A DNA stretch of 64,000 bases from a virus (taxonomy: Duplodnaviria > Caudoviricetes), in the IMG/VR virus record IMGVR_UViG_3300049988_000286, positions 256,001 to 320,000 of that record. The stretch is one strand, 5' to 3'. A program made the translations under genes and the position numbers. Position 1 is the first letter of the stretch, and the number at the start of each line of letters is the position of its first letter. Of the stretch, positions 8,927-16,777 are shown piece after piece. The notes beneath the pieces are model-generated. The model was not told the origin of the DNA and did not search any database. It saw only the letters and a program-made list of their open reading frames with translations.

Positions 8927-9206
8927 GATCGTCGGCGAACATCAGCCGGAACAGTGTCCAATCCTCCAAGGTGCGGAAACCAATCTCGCGCTTGTCCAGT
9001 CCCCGCGCATAGAAGGTGCAGGGAGCATAGCCGAGATTGTCCCACCCCCATATCGCATACCGCTCGTCGAGGATGAGTCGCATGTAGCGGTTGGCAGTAA
9101 GCATCCGCCATGGAATCTCTACCCAGATCGTGATGTCGGGATAGCCGTGCCGCCGCGTCCATGCGGAGAGGAAAGGTTCGTTGATCATCGATAGTTCATG
9201 AAGCAT
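8913..9206 (-). CDS. Small protein of the dispersed F-x-x-x-x-D-A-x-L family
   Basis: C-terminal IGFRTLEDWTLFRLMF. Confidence 0.6.
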   Translation of the reverse strand: MLHELSMINEPFLSAWTRRHGYPDITIWVEIPWRMLTANRYMRLILDERYAIWGWDNLGYAPCTFYARGLDKREIGFRTLEDWTLFRLMFADDLTRV

Positions 9207-9544
9207 AGCAGCGCGTCACTCTCATGCTTGAACGACATGCCCCAGAAACGAAGATTGCGCTCAATCGTCTTTGGGGTGATGTCGAGCATGTCGAGGAGCC
9301 ATTGCGTAACCTCCACACGACCATCCTCCGATAGATCGCAGTAATGACCTTCCGCGCTTACCTCGGACAACGAGACGATCCAGATATGATCTTCAACTTC
9401 GCTCATCCCGGTTGCAGTAACGCGATATGGACCAAACGATCCCCGGTTGCGAAAATGTCCCATCCCGGCTTGATAGATCAATGATGAAGTTCGGTCAAGG
9501 TGAAGCGAACGCGACACGGTGGTGATCAACTCCACTCCCCTCAC
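9185..9544 (-). CDS. Small protein of the dispersed F-x-x-x-x-D-A-x-L family
   Basis: C-terminal MSFKHESDALLCFMNYR. Confidence 0.6.
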   Translation of the reverse strand: MRGVELITTVSRSLHLDRTSSLIYQAGMGHFRNRGSFGPYRVTATGMSEVEDHIWIVSLSEVSAEGHYCDLSEDGRVEVTQWLLDMLDITPKTIERNLRFWGMSFKHESDALLCFMNYR

Positions 9545-9668
9545 GGGGGGTTGCGACTCGCGCCCGCTTCAATGCCGGGGTAGCGCAAACCCGCCAGATT
9601 GACAACATGGCGAAAATAATCCTTGCGCTAATCGTTTATCCGAACTATTGGAGAGGCAGGAGAACGAC

Positions 9669-9947
9669 ATGACCGACGACAACTTCATCGGCCCGCGCGA
9701 GCCCATCGATTGGCGCGCCCTGCTTCACTCTCACCTTCGTGACGCGATGGGCCTCACCCCCAGCGAGGGAAAGTCGTGGACGTTCGACCTGTCCGACACG
9801 GCTCCTGATCAGGTCTACCGTAAGGGTCGTGGTGGAACCGAATTGCGGCCTGTCGTCGTCGATGTTGTGCCCGGACTGGTGCTCATCATTACCGACGATG
9901 ACACGGACTACGCCACGCCGATGGAGACGATCGAGAATCGTCGCTGA
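9669..9947 (+). CDS. Hypothetical protein
   Basis: SD AGGAG before ATG MTDDNF; TAATCGTTTAT box upstream (9629-9639). Confidence 0.6.
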   Translation: MTDDNFIGPREPIDWRALLHSHLRDAMGLTPSEGKSWTFDLSDTAPDQVYRKGRGGTELRPVVVDVVPGLVLIITDDDTDYATPMETIENRR

Positions 9948-10093
9948 TGGCGCTCGCAGACGAAGATCGCGCCCGCTACGATCGCCTCCGCGCGCTCGAA
10001 AAGATCGCCCGTGATGAGCGCTCGGAGGCGGATCAGGCTGAAATCGATCTCCTCCTCGACGCCCTTCGGGAACGCTTCCCCGGCGCGTTCTGA
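9947..10093 (+). CDS. Small charged helical protein (48 aa, not in the ORF track)
   Basis: MALADEDRARYDRLRALEKIARDERSEADQAEIDLLLDALRERFPGAF; TGATG coupling with the upstream gene. Confidence 0.55.
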   Translation: MALADEDRARYDRLRALEKIARDERSEADQAEIDLLLDALRERFPGAF

Positions 10094-10112
10094 AAATTAT
10101 CATGAGAGACCT

Positions 10113-10349
10113 ATGAGCAAGATCGACACCACACTCGCCCGCGAGATCGCACGCCGCCTCCAGCAAGGCATCGTGCATCCCTCCATGGAAGCGGGGATCG
10201 CCCGCGCCATCGAAGTGATCGAGGCGACCTGTGCACACGCAGAGAAGGTAGAGCACTGGCACCGGTACGGTGGCGTCTACGTCTCGAAGGAAGCCGCCGA
10301 TGCAGAGAAGCTGCGACTTTCGAAGCCGAAGACCGATAAGCTGTTTTGA
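10113..10349 (+). CDS. Hypothetical protein
   Basis: MSKIDTTL... in an operon-like run. Confidence 0.6.
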   Translation: MSKIDTTLAREIARRLQQGIVHPSMEAGIARAIEVIEATCAHAEKVEHWHRYGGVYVSKEAADAEKLRLSKPKTDKLF

Positions 10350-10561
10350 CCATGAACGCCTTCTACGACGCTGCAACGACACGTCTGATCAGCGTCGCGG
10401 CGCTGGCAGTGATTAACCGCATCGAAACCAAGCAGATCAGCGTGGCTGAAGCCGATGCGGAGATCGACGCCATTGCGATCCGTTATCCCGGCGCAGAGCG
10501 TCAGCAGCGCTTCTATGCGGCGATGAAGGCACTCGCCCGCAAGGTCGATGATGTCGATTGA
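10346..10561 (+). CDS. Hypothetical protein
   Basis: 71-aa ORF whose start overlaps the upstream stop codon. Confidence 0.55.
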   Translation: MTMNAFYDAATTRLISVAALAVINRIETKQISVAEADAEIDAIAIRYPGAERQQRFYAAMKALARKVDDVD

Positions 10562-10586
10562 ATAATTTCGGACTTACAGCTATAAT
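10558..10586 (+). promoter_or_regulatory. Near-consensus sigma70 promoter
   Basis: TTGAAT (10558-10563)-17-TATAAT (10581-10586). Confidence 0.75.
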
Positions 10587-10592
10587 TGCTGG

Positions 10593-10730
10593 ATGACATC
10601 TGATGACATTAACAAAATATACGCCGATCTCTTCAAACTCGGGCGCGAAATGCTGGCCGATGAGGATTACTATGACGGGATCGGGTATTTTCGCGATGAA
10701 GCTTTGAAAGTATTAGCTCAACGCAAATAG
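10593..10730 (+). CDS. Small AT-rich leaderless protein (45 aa, not in the ORF track)
   Basis: MTSDDINKIYADLFKLGREMLADEDYYDGIGYFRDEALKVLAQRK; ATG at the expected +1 of the promoter above. Confidence 0.6.
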   Translation: MTSDDINKIYADLFKLGREMLADEDYYDGIGYFRDEALKVLAQRK

Positions 10731-10834
10731 AGCACGCATTTTTATCAACATGCTCGCGCGTAGCGATAATCATCTACTCACGCTGGCGTCACTACTGTGA
10801 GCGATGCGGCGTCTTACTGGGCAAACGTGGGCGG

Positions 10835-10875
10835 AAAAATAATTGTTGACACTGCACGACCCGCGCTAGAAACCA
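10835..10875 (+). promoter_or_regulatory. Early promoter with AT-rich UP element
   Basis: AAAAATAATTGTTGACAC (10835-10852), identical to 11604-11621. Confidence 0.7.
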
Positions 10876-10897
10876 CCGCTAACAAGGGTGGTAGCTG

Positions 10898-11611
10898 ATG
10901 CCGTGGCGATTTTCCAAACGTGTTAAGATCATGCCCGGAGTTACTCTAAACTTCGGTAAACGAGGTGTGTCGGCGTCGGTAGGTCCACGCGGCGCAAAGC
11001 TGAACTTTGGATCGAAGGGCGTGAGGGGCTCGGCTAGCATTCCCGGCACGGGCTTGAGCGCATCGACCATGCTCTACGGTCGAAAGAGGAGCCCATCGCC
11101 ACTCGGAACGCTCCTGTCTTCGCGGAAAAGTCCGTCACGCAGATTAGCTGGGTGTGGATCAGTTCTTGTTGGACTGGCGCTGCTTGGCCTTGTGTCAACC
11201 TGTATGCGCGGAGTTTCGTCATCACCAGAAGCTGCGGCGATCGTTGACATGCCAGCGCTTCTCGACGTTTCGGGCAAAGAGGCCCGAAGTGCCTTGGGTG
11301 CACCATCGGAATGCGACGTTTCAAAGAAGGGCGAGACTTGTCGCTATCGCTTCAAGGAGCGAGATGTAGAGCTTTACTTCCAACGCGGTGCGAGTGCGTC
11401 CGTTACGGTCAGCGGAGTAGATGAGCATTTCGGGTCGTCTTCGTTGCCGGTATTCGGAATCAGAGAGCGCACTCTGACCACCGCGACGCCGATCGTCATC
11501 AGAGCAGATACTACGGTGCGAGGCAAGGCCGCAGCAGTGAGCATGTTCCCACGGAAGGATAACCGTGTCGATTACGTCTATCTCAAAAAAGCGACATTGA
11601 ACAAAAAATAA
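10898..11611 (+). CDS. DUF4236-domain membrane protein
   Basis: N-terminal WRFSKRVKIMPGVTLNFGKRGVSASVGPRG...SIPGTGLS is typical of DUF4236; then a TM and a C-terminal extracytoplasmic domain. Confidence 0.75.
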   Translation: MPWRFSKRVKIMPGVTLNFGKRGVSASVGPRGAKLNFGSKGVRGSASIPGTGLSASTMLYGRKRSPSPLGTLLSSRKSPSRRLAGCGSVLVGLALLGLVSTCMRGVSSSPEAAAIVDMPALLDVSGKEARSALGAPSECDVSKKGETCRYRFKERDVELYFQRGASASVTVSGVDEHFGSSSLPVFGIRERTLTTATPIVIRADTTVRGKAAAVSMFPRKDNRVDYVYLKKATLNKK

Positions 11612-11644
11612 TTGTTGACACCCGCGACGCCCTGTGACTAAATA
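11604..11644 (+). promoter_or_regulatory. Promoter region of the tRNA cluster (TTGACA plus late TAAATA)
   Basis: TTGACA 11615-11620 with UP element; TAAATA 11639-11644. Confidence 0.65.
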
Positions 11645-11811
11645 AGTGCATGTCCACGATGACTCTCTCGACGCGAAAGCGCAAACGCCTCTAAAAGAGA
11701 GCCGCCATGCTGCGCGCTCTCGAAGCAGCCAGCGTGGGAGAGACGATCAGAGATCGTCGGTGTGACAATTCCCAGATTTTGCGCTGTGCTGCTCCCCAGA
11801 GAGGGTTGAGT

Positions 11812-11886
11812 AGGCCATTAGCTACAATTGGTCAGAGCGGCGGTCTCTTAAATCGCGGGTTGTGGGTTCGAGTCCCACATGGCCTA
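11812..11886 (+). tRNA. tRNA-Lys(CTT), no encoded CCA, acceptor stem extended to 21 bp
   Basis: Cloverleaf: acceptor AGGCCAT/ATGGCCT, anticodon arm GCGGT-ctCTTaa-ATCGC, T arm GTGGG-TTCGAGT-CCCAC. Confidence 0.8.
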
Positions 11887-11909
11887 CTCAACCCTCTCTC
11901 TACTTTGAT

Positions 11910-11986
11910 GGGTCCGTAGTTCAATAGGTTCAGAACAACCGGTTCTTACCCGGTATGTCCCCGTTCGAGTCGGGGCGGACTCACCA
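11910..11986 (+). tRNA. tRNA-Lys(CTT)
   Basis: Acceptor GGGTCCG/CGGACTC plus ACCA; anticodon arm ACCGG-ttCTTac-CCGGT; T loop TTCGAGT. Confidence 0.85.
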
Positions 11987-11998
11987 TCTCATCTTTGT

Positions 11999-12075
11999 GG
12001 GCGCATAGTTCAATAGGTCCAGAACAACCGGTTTTTACCCGGTATGTCTCCGTTCGAGTCGGAGTGCGCTTACCA
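11999..12075 (+). tRNA. tRNA-Lys(TTT)
   Basis: Acceptor GGGCGCA/TGCGCTT plus ACCA; anticodon arm ACCGG-ttTTTac-CCGGT; near-duplicate of 11910-11986. Confidence 0.85.
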
Positions 12076-12106
12076 TCACGCGCAAACGCCTATATGGACC
12101 CTTCCC

Positions 12107-12277
12107 ATGACCGACCCCACCATCCCCGACCTCTCCCTCCTCACCCTTGACCTAGAGATCGACCCGGAGGGCGACTCCGACTATCTCCGCGTCACGCTCC
12201 GCTACGATGGCGAGACCCTGACCAGCGATTCGGTGCAGTTGCCGAGACGGCGTGACTCCGCGTCGTACTACTACTAA
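12107..12277 (+). CDS. Small acidic hypothetical protein
   Basis: MTDPTIPDL... directly after the tRNA cluster. Confidence 0.55.
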   Translation: MTDPTIPDLSLLTLDLEIDPEGDSDYLRVTLRYDGETLTSDSVQLPRRRDSASYYY

Positions 12278-12282
12278 CAGTC

Positions 12283-12595
12283 ATGATCGATAGTACCACT
12301 CTGGTCGGATCGTACCGAGATTTAGCTGCCATCCTCTACTCGCTGTTTCGAACAGAATGTGAGATGATACTGCCTTCAAGACGTAGGCGGGTAAACTCTG
12401 GCATCTACGTATAAATTTGCGTGCCAAGGATATTCGATTGCAGTGTTGACTTCTATTCGGGATGGGACATGTCCTGTTCGCCGCTATTACCTTCGATTCA
12501 GCAATGCGGTTGTAGTTTGCGAGGAAACCGCTCAAAAAGGCATGATGCTGCTTCGAGGCGATGACCATACCCTCACGCTGGCATCGCTCCTCTAA
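12283..12595 (+). pseudogene. Frameshifted first member of the GDEH-LTLA array
   Basis: The frame from ATG 12283 stops at 12412-12414; the +1 frame reads ...RYYLRFSNAVVVCEE...LLRGDDHTLTLASLL* to 12595. Confidence 0.6.
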
Positions 12596-12632
12596 CCCTT
12601 GACCCCATAGTTCGCCCCTGCTATGCCGAGCC

Positions 12633-12920
12633 ATGGCCCCAGAATTCCATCTACTCGTTCGCCTGATCCGCCAAGCCAAATCGCTGGACCTTGGTCGCTC
12701 CCGGCGGCTAGGCCCGTGGGGCGAGGCGCTCGCGCACTCTTTGGTGGGTAGCGGTTATGCCTTGATGGTCTTCTCGCTCTGGAAAGGCGATGTGCCGCTC
12801 GGGCACCGTCACTACCTCCGGTTCAATGGCATGTTGTTGGTCATCGATGAGAGCGGTGGGGGTGATTTCTCGTATCGGCGCGGCGACGATCATACCTTCA
12901 CTTTAGCGGCACTGCTATGA
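12633..12920 (+). CDS. GDEH-LTLA array paralog
   Basis: RHYLRFNGMLLVIDE...YRRGDDHTFTLAALL*; TTGACC-17-TATGCC promoter just upstream. Confidence 0.75.
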   Translation: MAPEFHLLVRLIRQAKSLDLGRSRRLGPWGEALAHSLVGSGYALMVFSLWKGDVPLGHRHYLRFNGMLLVIDESGGGDFSYRRGDDHTFTLAALL

Positions 12921-13192
12921 CCGACGCTATTTTCCACCGGTTGATCAAGCAGTTATGCGCTAGCACGATCTTTGTTTCCACCAGAGCCTTGAAGGATGGC
13001 GAAATTCGTCTTTATTCTAAAGATGCGGGACACTATAGCGTGCACATCATTTCTACGCGTCTACTGGATCGTTTCGCCTATCGTTACAATATCTGCTTCT
13101 CTGGCCACCGCGTCGCGATTGCGATGTCGCAGGGTGGCTTGCGGCTAGTGCACGGTGACGAGCACGCCCTCACCTTGGCGGCACTGCTATGA
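12917..13192 (+). CDS. GDEH-LTLA array paralog
   Basis: RYNICFSGHRVAI...LVHGDEHALTLAALL*; ATGA overlap. Confidence 0.75.
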   Translation: MTDAIFHRLIKQLCASTIFVSTRALKDGEIRLYSKDAGHYSVHIISTRLLDRFAYRYNICFSGHRVAIAMSQGGLRLVHGDEHALTLAALL

Positions 13193-13503
13193 TCGATCTC
13201 GAAGCCCTCATGGACCGTCTCACCTCCACAACGCCAGTGCGCGTTAGTGAGAGGGATGGTAAGAGGAAGCTCTTCGGTAATCGTCACCGCCTATACTGCT
13301 ACGGGGGCAGTGACGGTAGCTTCTGCCTCTTCTGCACAACCGTTGACAGTTTTAATGGTACTTCTTGTCACTATCGGTACAATCTTGTCTTCTCGGGGGA
13401 GCGACTGGTTATTGAGGTGAGGTTTGATCGGCCAACTGATAAGCGGACCTTCACGATGATCCGGGGCGATGATCACGTCCTCACTTTGGCAGCCCTCCTT
13501 TAG
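13189..13503 (+). CDS. GDEH-LTLA array paralog
   Basis: RYNLVFSGERLVIEV...MIRGDDHVLTLAALL*. Confidence 0.75.
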   Translation: MIDLEALMDRLTSTTPVRVSERDGKRKLFGNRHRLYCYGGSDGSFCLFCTTVDSFNGTSCHYRYNLVFSGERLVIEVRFDRPTDKRTFTMIRGDDHVLTLAALL

Positions 13504-13538
13504 CTTGACCGTTGAGGTTAAGTAGATCATACGACAGT

Positions 13539-13856
13539 ATGGCACGCACACTTTGCCCGCTTGGACGGATGGTCGAAGACCTTGGGTCGCGCCATGCCGC
13601 GACGCCAGTCACGGGCAAGGCACAAAGGCAGTTCAGGGGTGGGTTGGTCAATCGTCTTCGTATCATTGCCGATGTCTACACCTTGGTAGGCCTGACGCAG
13701 CGGAACGAGAAAGGGGCCGTGATCGCCCATCGCTACCACATCCGCTTTTCCGGATATTGCGTCACCGTTGAGGAAATACTTCACGGCTATGGTCTATCCA
13801 GCTTTCGCCTCTACCGTGGCGACGATCATGCCCTCACCCTCGTGGCGCTATTGTGA
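13539..13856 (+). CDS. GDEH-LTLA array paralog
   Basis: RYHIRFSGYCVTVEE...LYRGDDHALTLVALL*; start revised to ATG 13539 behind TTGACC 13505-13510. Confidence 0.75.
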   Translation: MARTLCPLGRMVEDLGSRHAATPVTGKAQRQFRGGLVNRLRIIADVYTLVGLTQRNEKGAVIAHRYHIRFSGYCVTVEEILHGYGLSSFRLYRGDDHALTLVALL

Positions 13857-14125
13857 TGGAGATATCACCCGATCATATCCTTTTGCGGCGGATACGCGGC
13901 ACAGCGCAGTTCAAACTCATCGGTCGTCGAGGAATCTTTTCCCTGTATCGTAGCGACAGTCTGGTAGGCGCGTATATCCATTACCTCTATTACGGACTGG
14001 TCCGATATAGATACAATATTGTCCTTGATGGTTGCCGCGTAGTAATCAAGGCCGATCCAGAAACGGATCACTACACGCTCGTCCACGGTGATGAACACAC
14101 CCTCGTGCTCGCCTCCCTACTCTGA
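13853..14125 (+). CDS. GDEH-LTLA array paralog
   Basis: RYNIVLDGCRVVIK...LVHGDEHTLVLASLL*. Confidence 0.75.
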   Translation: MMEISPDHILLRRIRGTAQFKLIGRRGIFSLYRSDSLVGAYIHYLYYGLVRYRYNIVLDGCRVVIKADPETDHYTLVHGDEHTLVLASLL

Positions 14126-14163
14126 CGATTGACCGTAGAGTTCGGCAATGATAGAGGCGGGGT

Positions 14164-14520
14164 ATGAGTATGTTCTCCGCCCTCCGCCGCGCGATATTCG
14201 GTCCTTGCATCCCCGTTCCGGCAACCCCGGCGGAATCGGAAGTGATGGTCGAAGACATCACGCCCATCTACCTCGACATCGAGACCGATCGTGGCACCTA
14301 CCGCTGTCACAAGTGCTCGCAGATGCGCGCCGGGGAGATTATCCACATGCCAGATGGTGTGGGCCAGTTTGGCGACACGGGCGAGCATCTCGTCGAGGTC
14401 ATGCGCTACCATCAGGCATCGTGGAACACTCATTCATCGGGATGGTGTGTCGCGTGTGTGCGCAAGATCATCGCGCGCAACTCGCTTCAGCGCTTCTTCG
14501 TCCTGCGGCGTCGCGGGTGA
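14164..14520 (+). CDS. Hypothetical protein with CxxC pairs (possible Zn binding)
   Basis: CHKC and CVAC; TTGACC-17-TAGAGG promoter ends 6 nt before the ATG. Confidence 0.6.
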   Translation: MSMFSALRRAIFGPCIPVPATPAESEVMVEDITPIYLDIETDRGTYRCHKCSQMRAGEIIHMPDGVGQFGDTGEHLVEVMRYHQASWNTHSSGWCVACVRKIIARNSLQRFFVLRRRG

Positions 14521-14855
14521 GGTTTCCGCGCATCACCGAGAAGGTATTGCTGGCGCGTGGTGTGGACATTGATCACCGCCACCACATCTTCCGTGTCTTC
14601 GATCAGATGCGTCTTGGCTGGCAAGAGCGCCAGCCGATTGTTTCGAGAGGCTGCACCCTTTACCGCTACAGCGATGGGGTGAACCACTATTGCGAGTTGT
14701 TCTTCTACGTGCACCACACAGTATTTGTTCGAGCCTCCCTCATTATGCAGGGCTTGCCCCGGATAGTCATCATCGAGCGGACGAATGCAATTGAGAACGG
14801 TTGCCGTCTCGTCCAAGGTGATGAACACGCTCTTGCACTGGCGACGCTGCTATGA
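14517..14855 (+). CDS. GDEH-LTLA array paralog
   Basis: GTG 14517 overlaps the upstream stop; ends LVQGDEHALALATLL*. Confidence 0.7.
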   Translation: MRFPRITEKVLLARGVDIDHRHHIFRVFDQMRLGWQERQPIVSRGCTLYRYSDGVNHYCELFFYVHHTVFVRASLIMQGLPRIVIIERTNAIENGCRLVQGDEHALALATLL

Positions 14856-15139
14856 TTTCCATGACGATGCCGCAAAGTCGGCGCTGTGCCGTCACCCTGA
14901 ACGGGCGAGAAATTGTCTTGCGCAAAGGCGAGCACGCCGTGTTGGAACTGCTTTTACTCGCCCGCCCGCATCCTTTATCCACGGAGCGTATCATCGACCT
15001 CCTCTGGCCCATTGCTGATGACGAGCCAGAGTGTGTCCGGCGGACTATCCAGATACGGCTGGCGCGGTTACGCCATCGTGGCTTCCCCATTTCGAAGTGG
15101 GAACTTGCCGGTTATCGCATCGTGGGAGATCAAGCATGA
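14852..15139 (+). CDS. Standalone OmpR/PhoB-type winged-helix DNA-binding protein
   Basis: VLRKGEHAVLELLL...PLSTERIIDLLW...VRRTIQIRLARLRHR...GYRI matches the Trans_reg_C pattern. Confidence 0.7.
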   Translation: MISMTMPQSRRCAVTLNGREIVLRKGEHAVLELLLLARPHPLSTERIIDLLWPIADDEPECVRRTIQIRLARLRHRGFPISKWELAGYRIVGDQA

Positions 15140-15450
15140 ACATGGCGGATTTTATGAAGCGTGGCGAGGATGATCGTCGCATTGATCAATGTTTATTCGA
15201 TCACCTCGCGGACAGCGTGCGGGAGGTAGTGATCAAGCCCGAGAGGGCCTTGGAAGTAGTGGAGGGGCAGAGCTACACCCTCTGGATCACATCCGTGAAC
15301 TTCGGTTCCTCCACTCTAGCCCGGTTCAATCTCCTGTTCGCGGGCGGGCGACTTGTCGTCGAAGGGTTTGGAGAAAAGGATGACGAGGAGCCGGTCATCC
15401 GTTTGATCCGGGGCAGTGATGAAGAGATCATGCTCGCCAAGCTATTATGA
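15136..15450 (+). CDS. GDEH-LTLA array paralog (divergent)
   Basis: RFNLLFAGGRLVVEG...LIRGSDEEIMLAKLL*. Confidence 0.7.
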   Translation: MNMADFMKRGEDDRRIDQCLFDHLADSVREVVIKPERALEVVEGQSYTLWITSVNFGSSTLARFNLLFAGGRLVVEGFGEKDDEEPVIRLIRGSDEEIMLAKLL

Positions 15451-15734
15451 CCCGCAATCTGCACATCATCCTCCAAGGTGAGCAGACCGCGCTTGCGATG
15501 ACGATCCTCGACATGCGGGCACAAGGACTCCCGTTCCTCGTCTACTCTCGTCGCTGGACGGCCCTTTTCGGTATAGTAGGTCGAGTCATTTCATCTCGTC
15601 TGCTGGCAGCAGCAGAGTACTCGATCGCGCTGGGTAAGTATCAGGGGTTGATGATCAGGCGACACGATCTCGAACTGGTCAAGCTGCTATCGCGGGTTTC
15701 TGTCACGATCGAGGGATCGGAGCGGAGGCGGTGA
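15447..15734 (+). CDS. G(I/L)PF-family small protein
   Basis: NLHIILQG...MRAQGLPFLVY...IRRHDLELVKL, similar to 19129-19392 and 19389-19646. Confidence 0.6.
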   Translation: MTRNLHIILQGEQTALAMTILDMRAQGLPFLVYSRRWTALFGIVGRVISSRLLAAAEYSIALGKYQGLMIRRHDLELVKLLSRVSVTIEGSERRR

Positions 15735-16045
15735 CTGAAGAGGAATTCGCACTGCGGCCCGGCCGCGTTATCGAACGTGATTGGTGGCATCGGATCGGCG
15801 ATCTCATGGATCGTACCGGGATGGTGCGTGAGGTGAAGTTTTCGCAATCGCTGCGCTGCGGACTAGAGACCTACCGCAATGACGATCACATAATCTTCTG
15901 TCTAGATATTAGCAACCTCGATCGCTACAGCGTCACCTTCCCCGGCGGGCGCGTGGTGTTTGAATTCCTACACCGCTATCCCGAGATTCACGCGCGCGTT
16001 GTCGTCGGTGAGGATCAACTCACACTGCTCGCCCTGTATCTGTGA
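15731..16045 (+). CDS. GDEH-LTLA array paralog (divergent)
   Basis: RYSVTFPGGRVVFEF...VVVGEDQLTLLALYL*. Confidence 0.7.
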   Translation: MTEEEFALRPGRVIERDWWHRIGDLMDRTGMVREVKFSQSLRCGLETYRNDDHIIFCLDISNLDRYSVTFPGGRVVFEFLHRYPEIHARVVVGEDQLTLLALYL

Positions 16046-16224
16046 GGGGGTGTCGCGGTGGCTGCTGGACTCTAACCAGCTTACCTTCCGTCCAGTGGCT
16101 GCTCATTTACGCGGGGCATGTCTCCCGCTAGCGCTTTCTTCCACCGCAACGACTACCGTTTACCAGATTTTCCGCACCACGCAAGTAAATTGTTTTCGCA
16201 ATCATAGTCGGCTATAACACCACG

Positions 16225-16488
16225 ATGCCGCTACGCGCCATCGATGTTGTTCCCCGCGACGCCTACGTGGTGTCGTGGTTTCCGTCATGCCGAGCGTGGC
16301 GGGTGTTGTTCGGCTTCGAGCGCGGTATCTATGATAGCTTGGATGCGTGGCTGGCAGAGAACGGCATCTCTGCCGACAACGTATCGATCAGCCGATGCAG
16401 TGCGTCGTTCGACAGTCAACTCGACGCTTTGCTTTGCTATTGGGCCTTCCGCGAGGTAAAGCGCTGCGATGACCCAAGCGGAACTTGA
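16225..16488 (+). CDS. Small protein of the dispersed F-x-x-x-x-D-A-x-L family
   Basis: ASFDSQLDALLCYWAF; TTGTTT-17-TATAAC promoter ends 6 nt before the ATG. Confidence 0.65.
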   Translation: MPLRAIDVVPRDAYVVSWFPSCRAWRVLFGFERGIYDSLDAWLAENGISADNVSISRCSASFDSQLDALLCYWAFREVKRCDDPSGT

Positions 16489-16777
16489 TCTCTATGGCTT
16501 GATGGAAGCTGCCGCGAAGGCGGCGAAGCGCGATTCGTCCCTGTATATGAAGCACTGGTCAGAGCGCGGTCTATTTTTGCGGCGGTACCGTCACATGACC
16601 TTTATTCGCCGCTGGTATGAGCGTGATCAACGCGTCGATCGTCATATCTTCACCGTTGGGGGCGCGCGAGTAGTAGTCGATGCGTTCGTTGGTAAAGTCG
16701 ATGGTATTATGACGCTGCGTAGCGTGCGTCTCACGAGGGGGCAGGAGAGTGACCTCGTGCTTGCCGCTTTGCTGTGA
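16469..16777 (+). CDS. GDEH-LTLA array paralog (divergent)
   Basis: RHIFTVGGARVVVDA...LTRGQESDLVLAALL*. Confidence 0.7.
   Translation: MTQAELDLYGLMEAAAKAAKRDSSLYMKHWSERGLFLRRYRHMTFIRRWYERDQRVDRHIFTVGGARVVVDAFVGKVDGIMTLRSVRLTRGQESDLVLAALL

Noticed and set aside
11707-12106. Track ORFs 11707-11919 and the 5' part of 12044-12277
   Set aside because: They overlap tRNA genes.
14148-14516. 5' extension of the 235-aa track ORF
   Set aside because: It overlaps the promoter-supported 14164-14520 gene; the family domain starts at GTG 14517.
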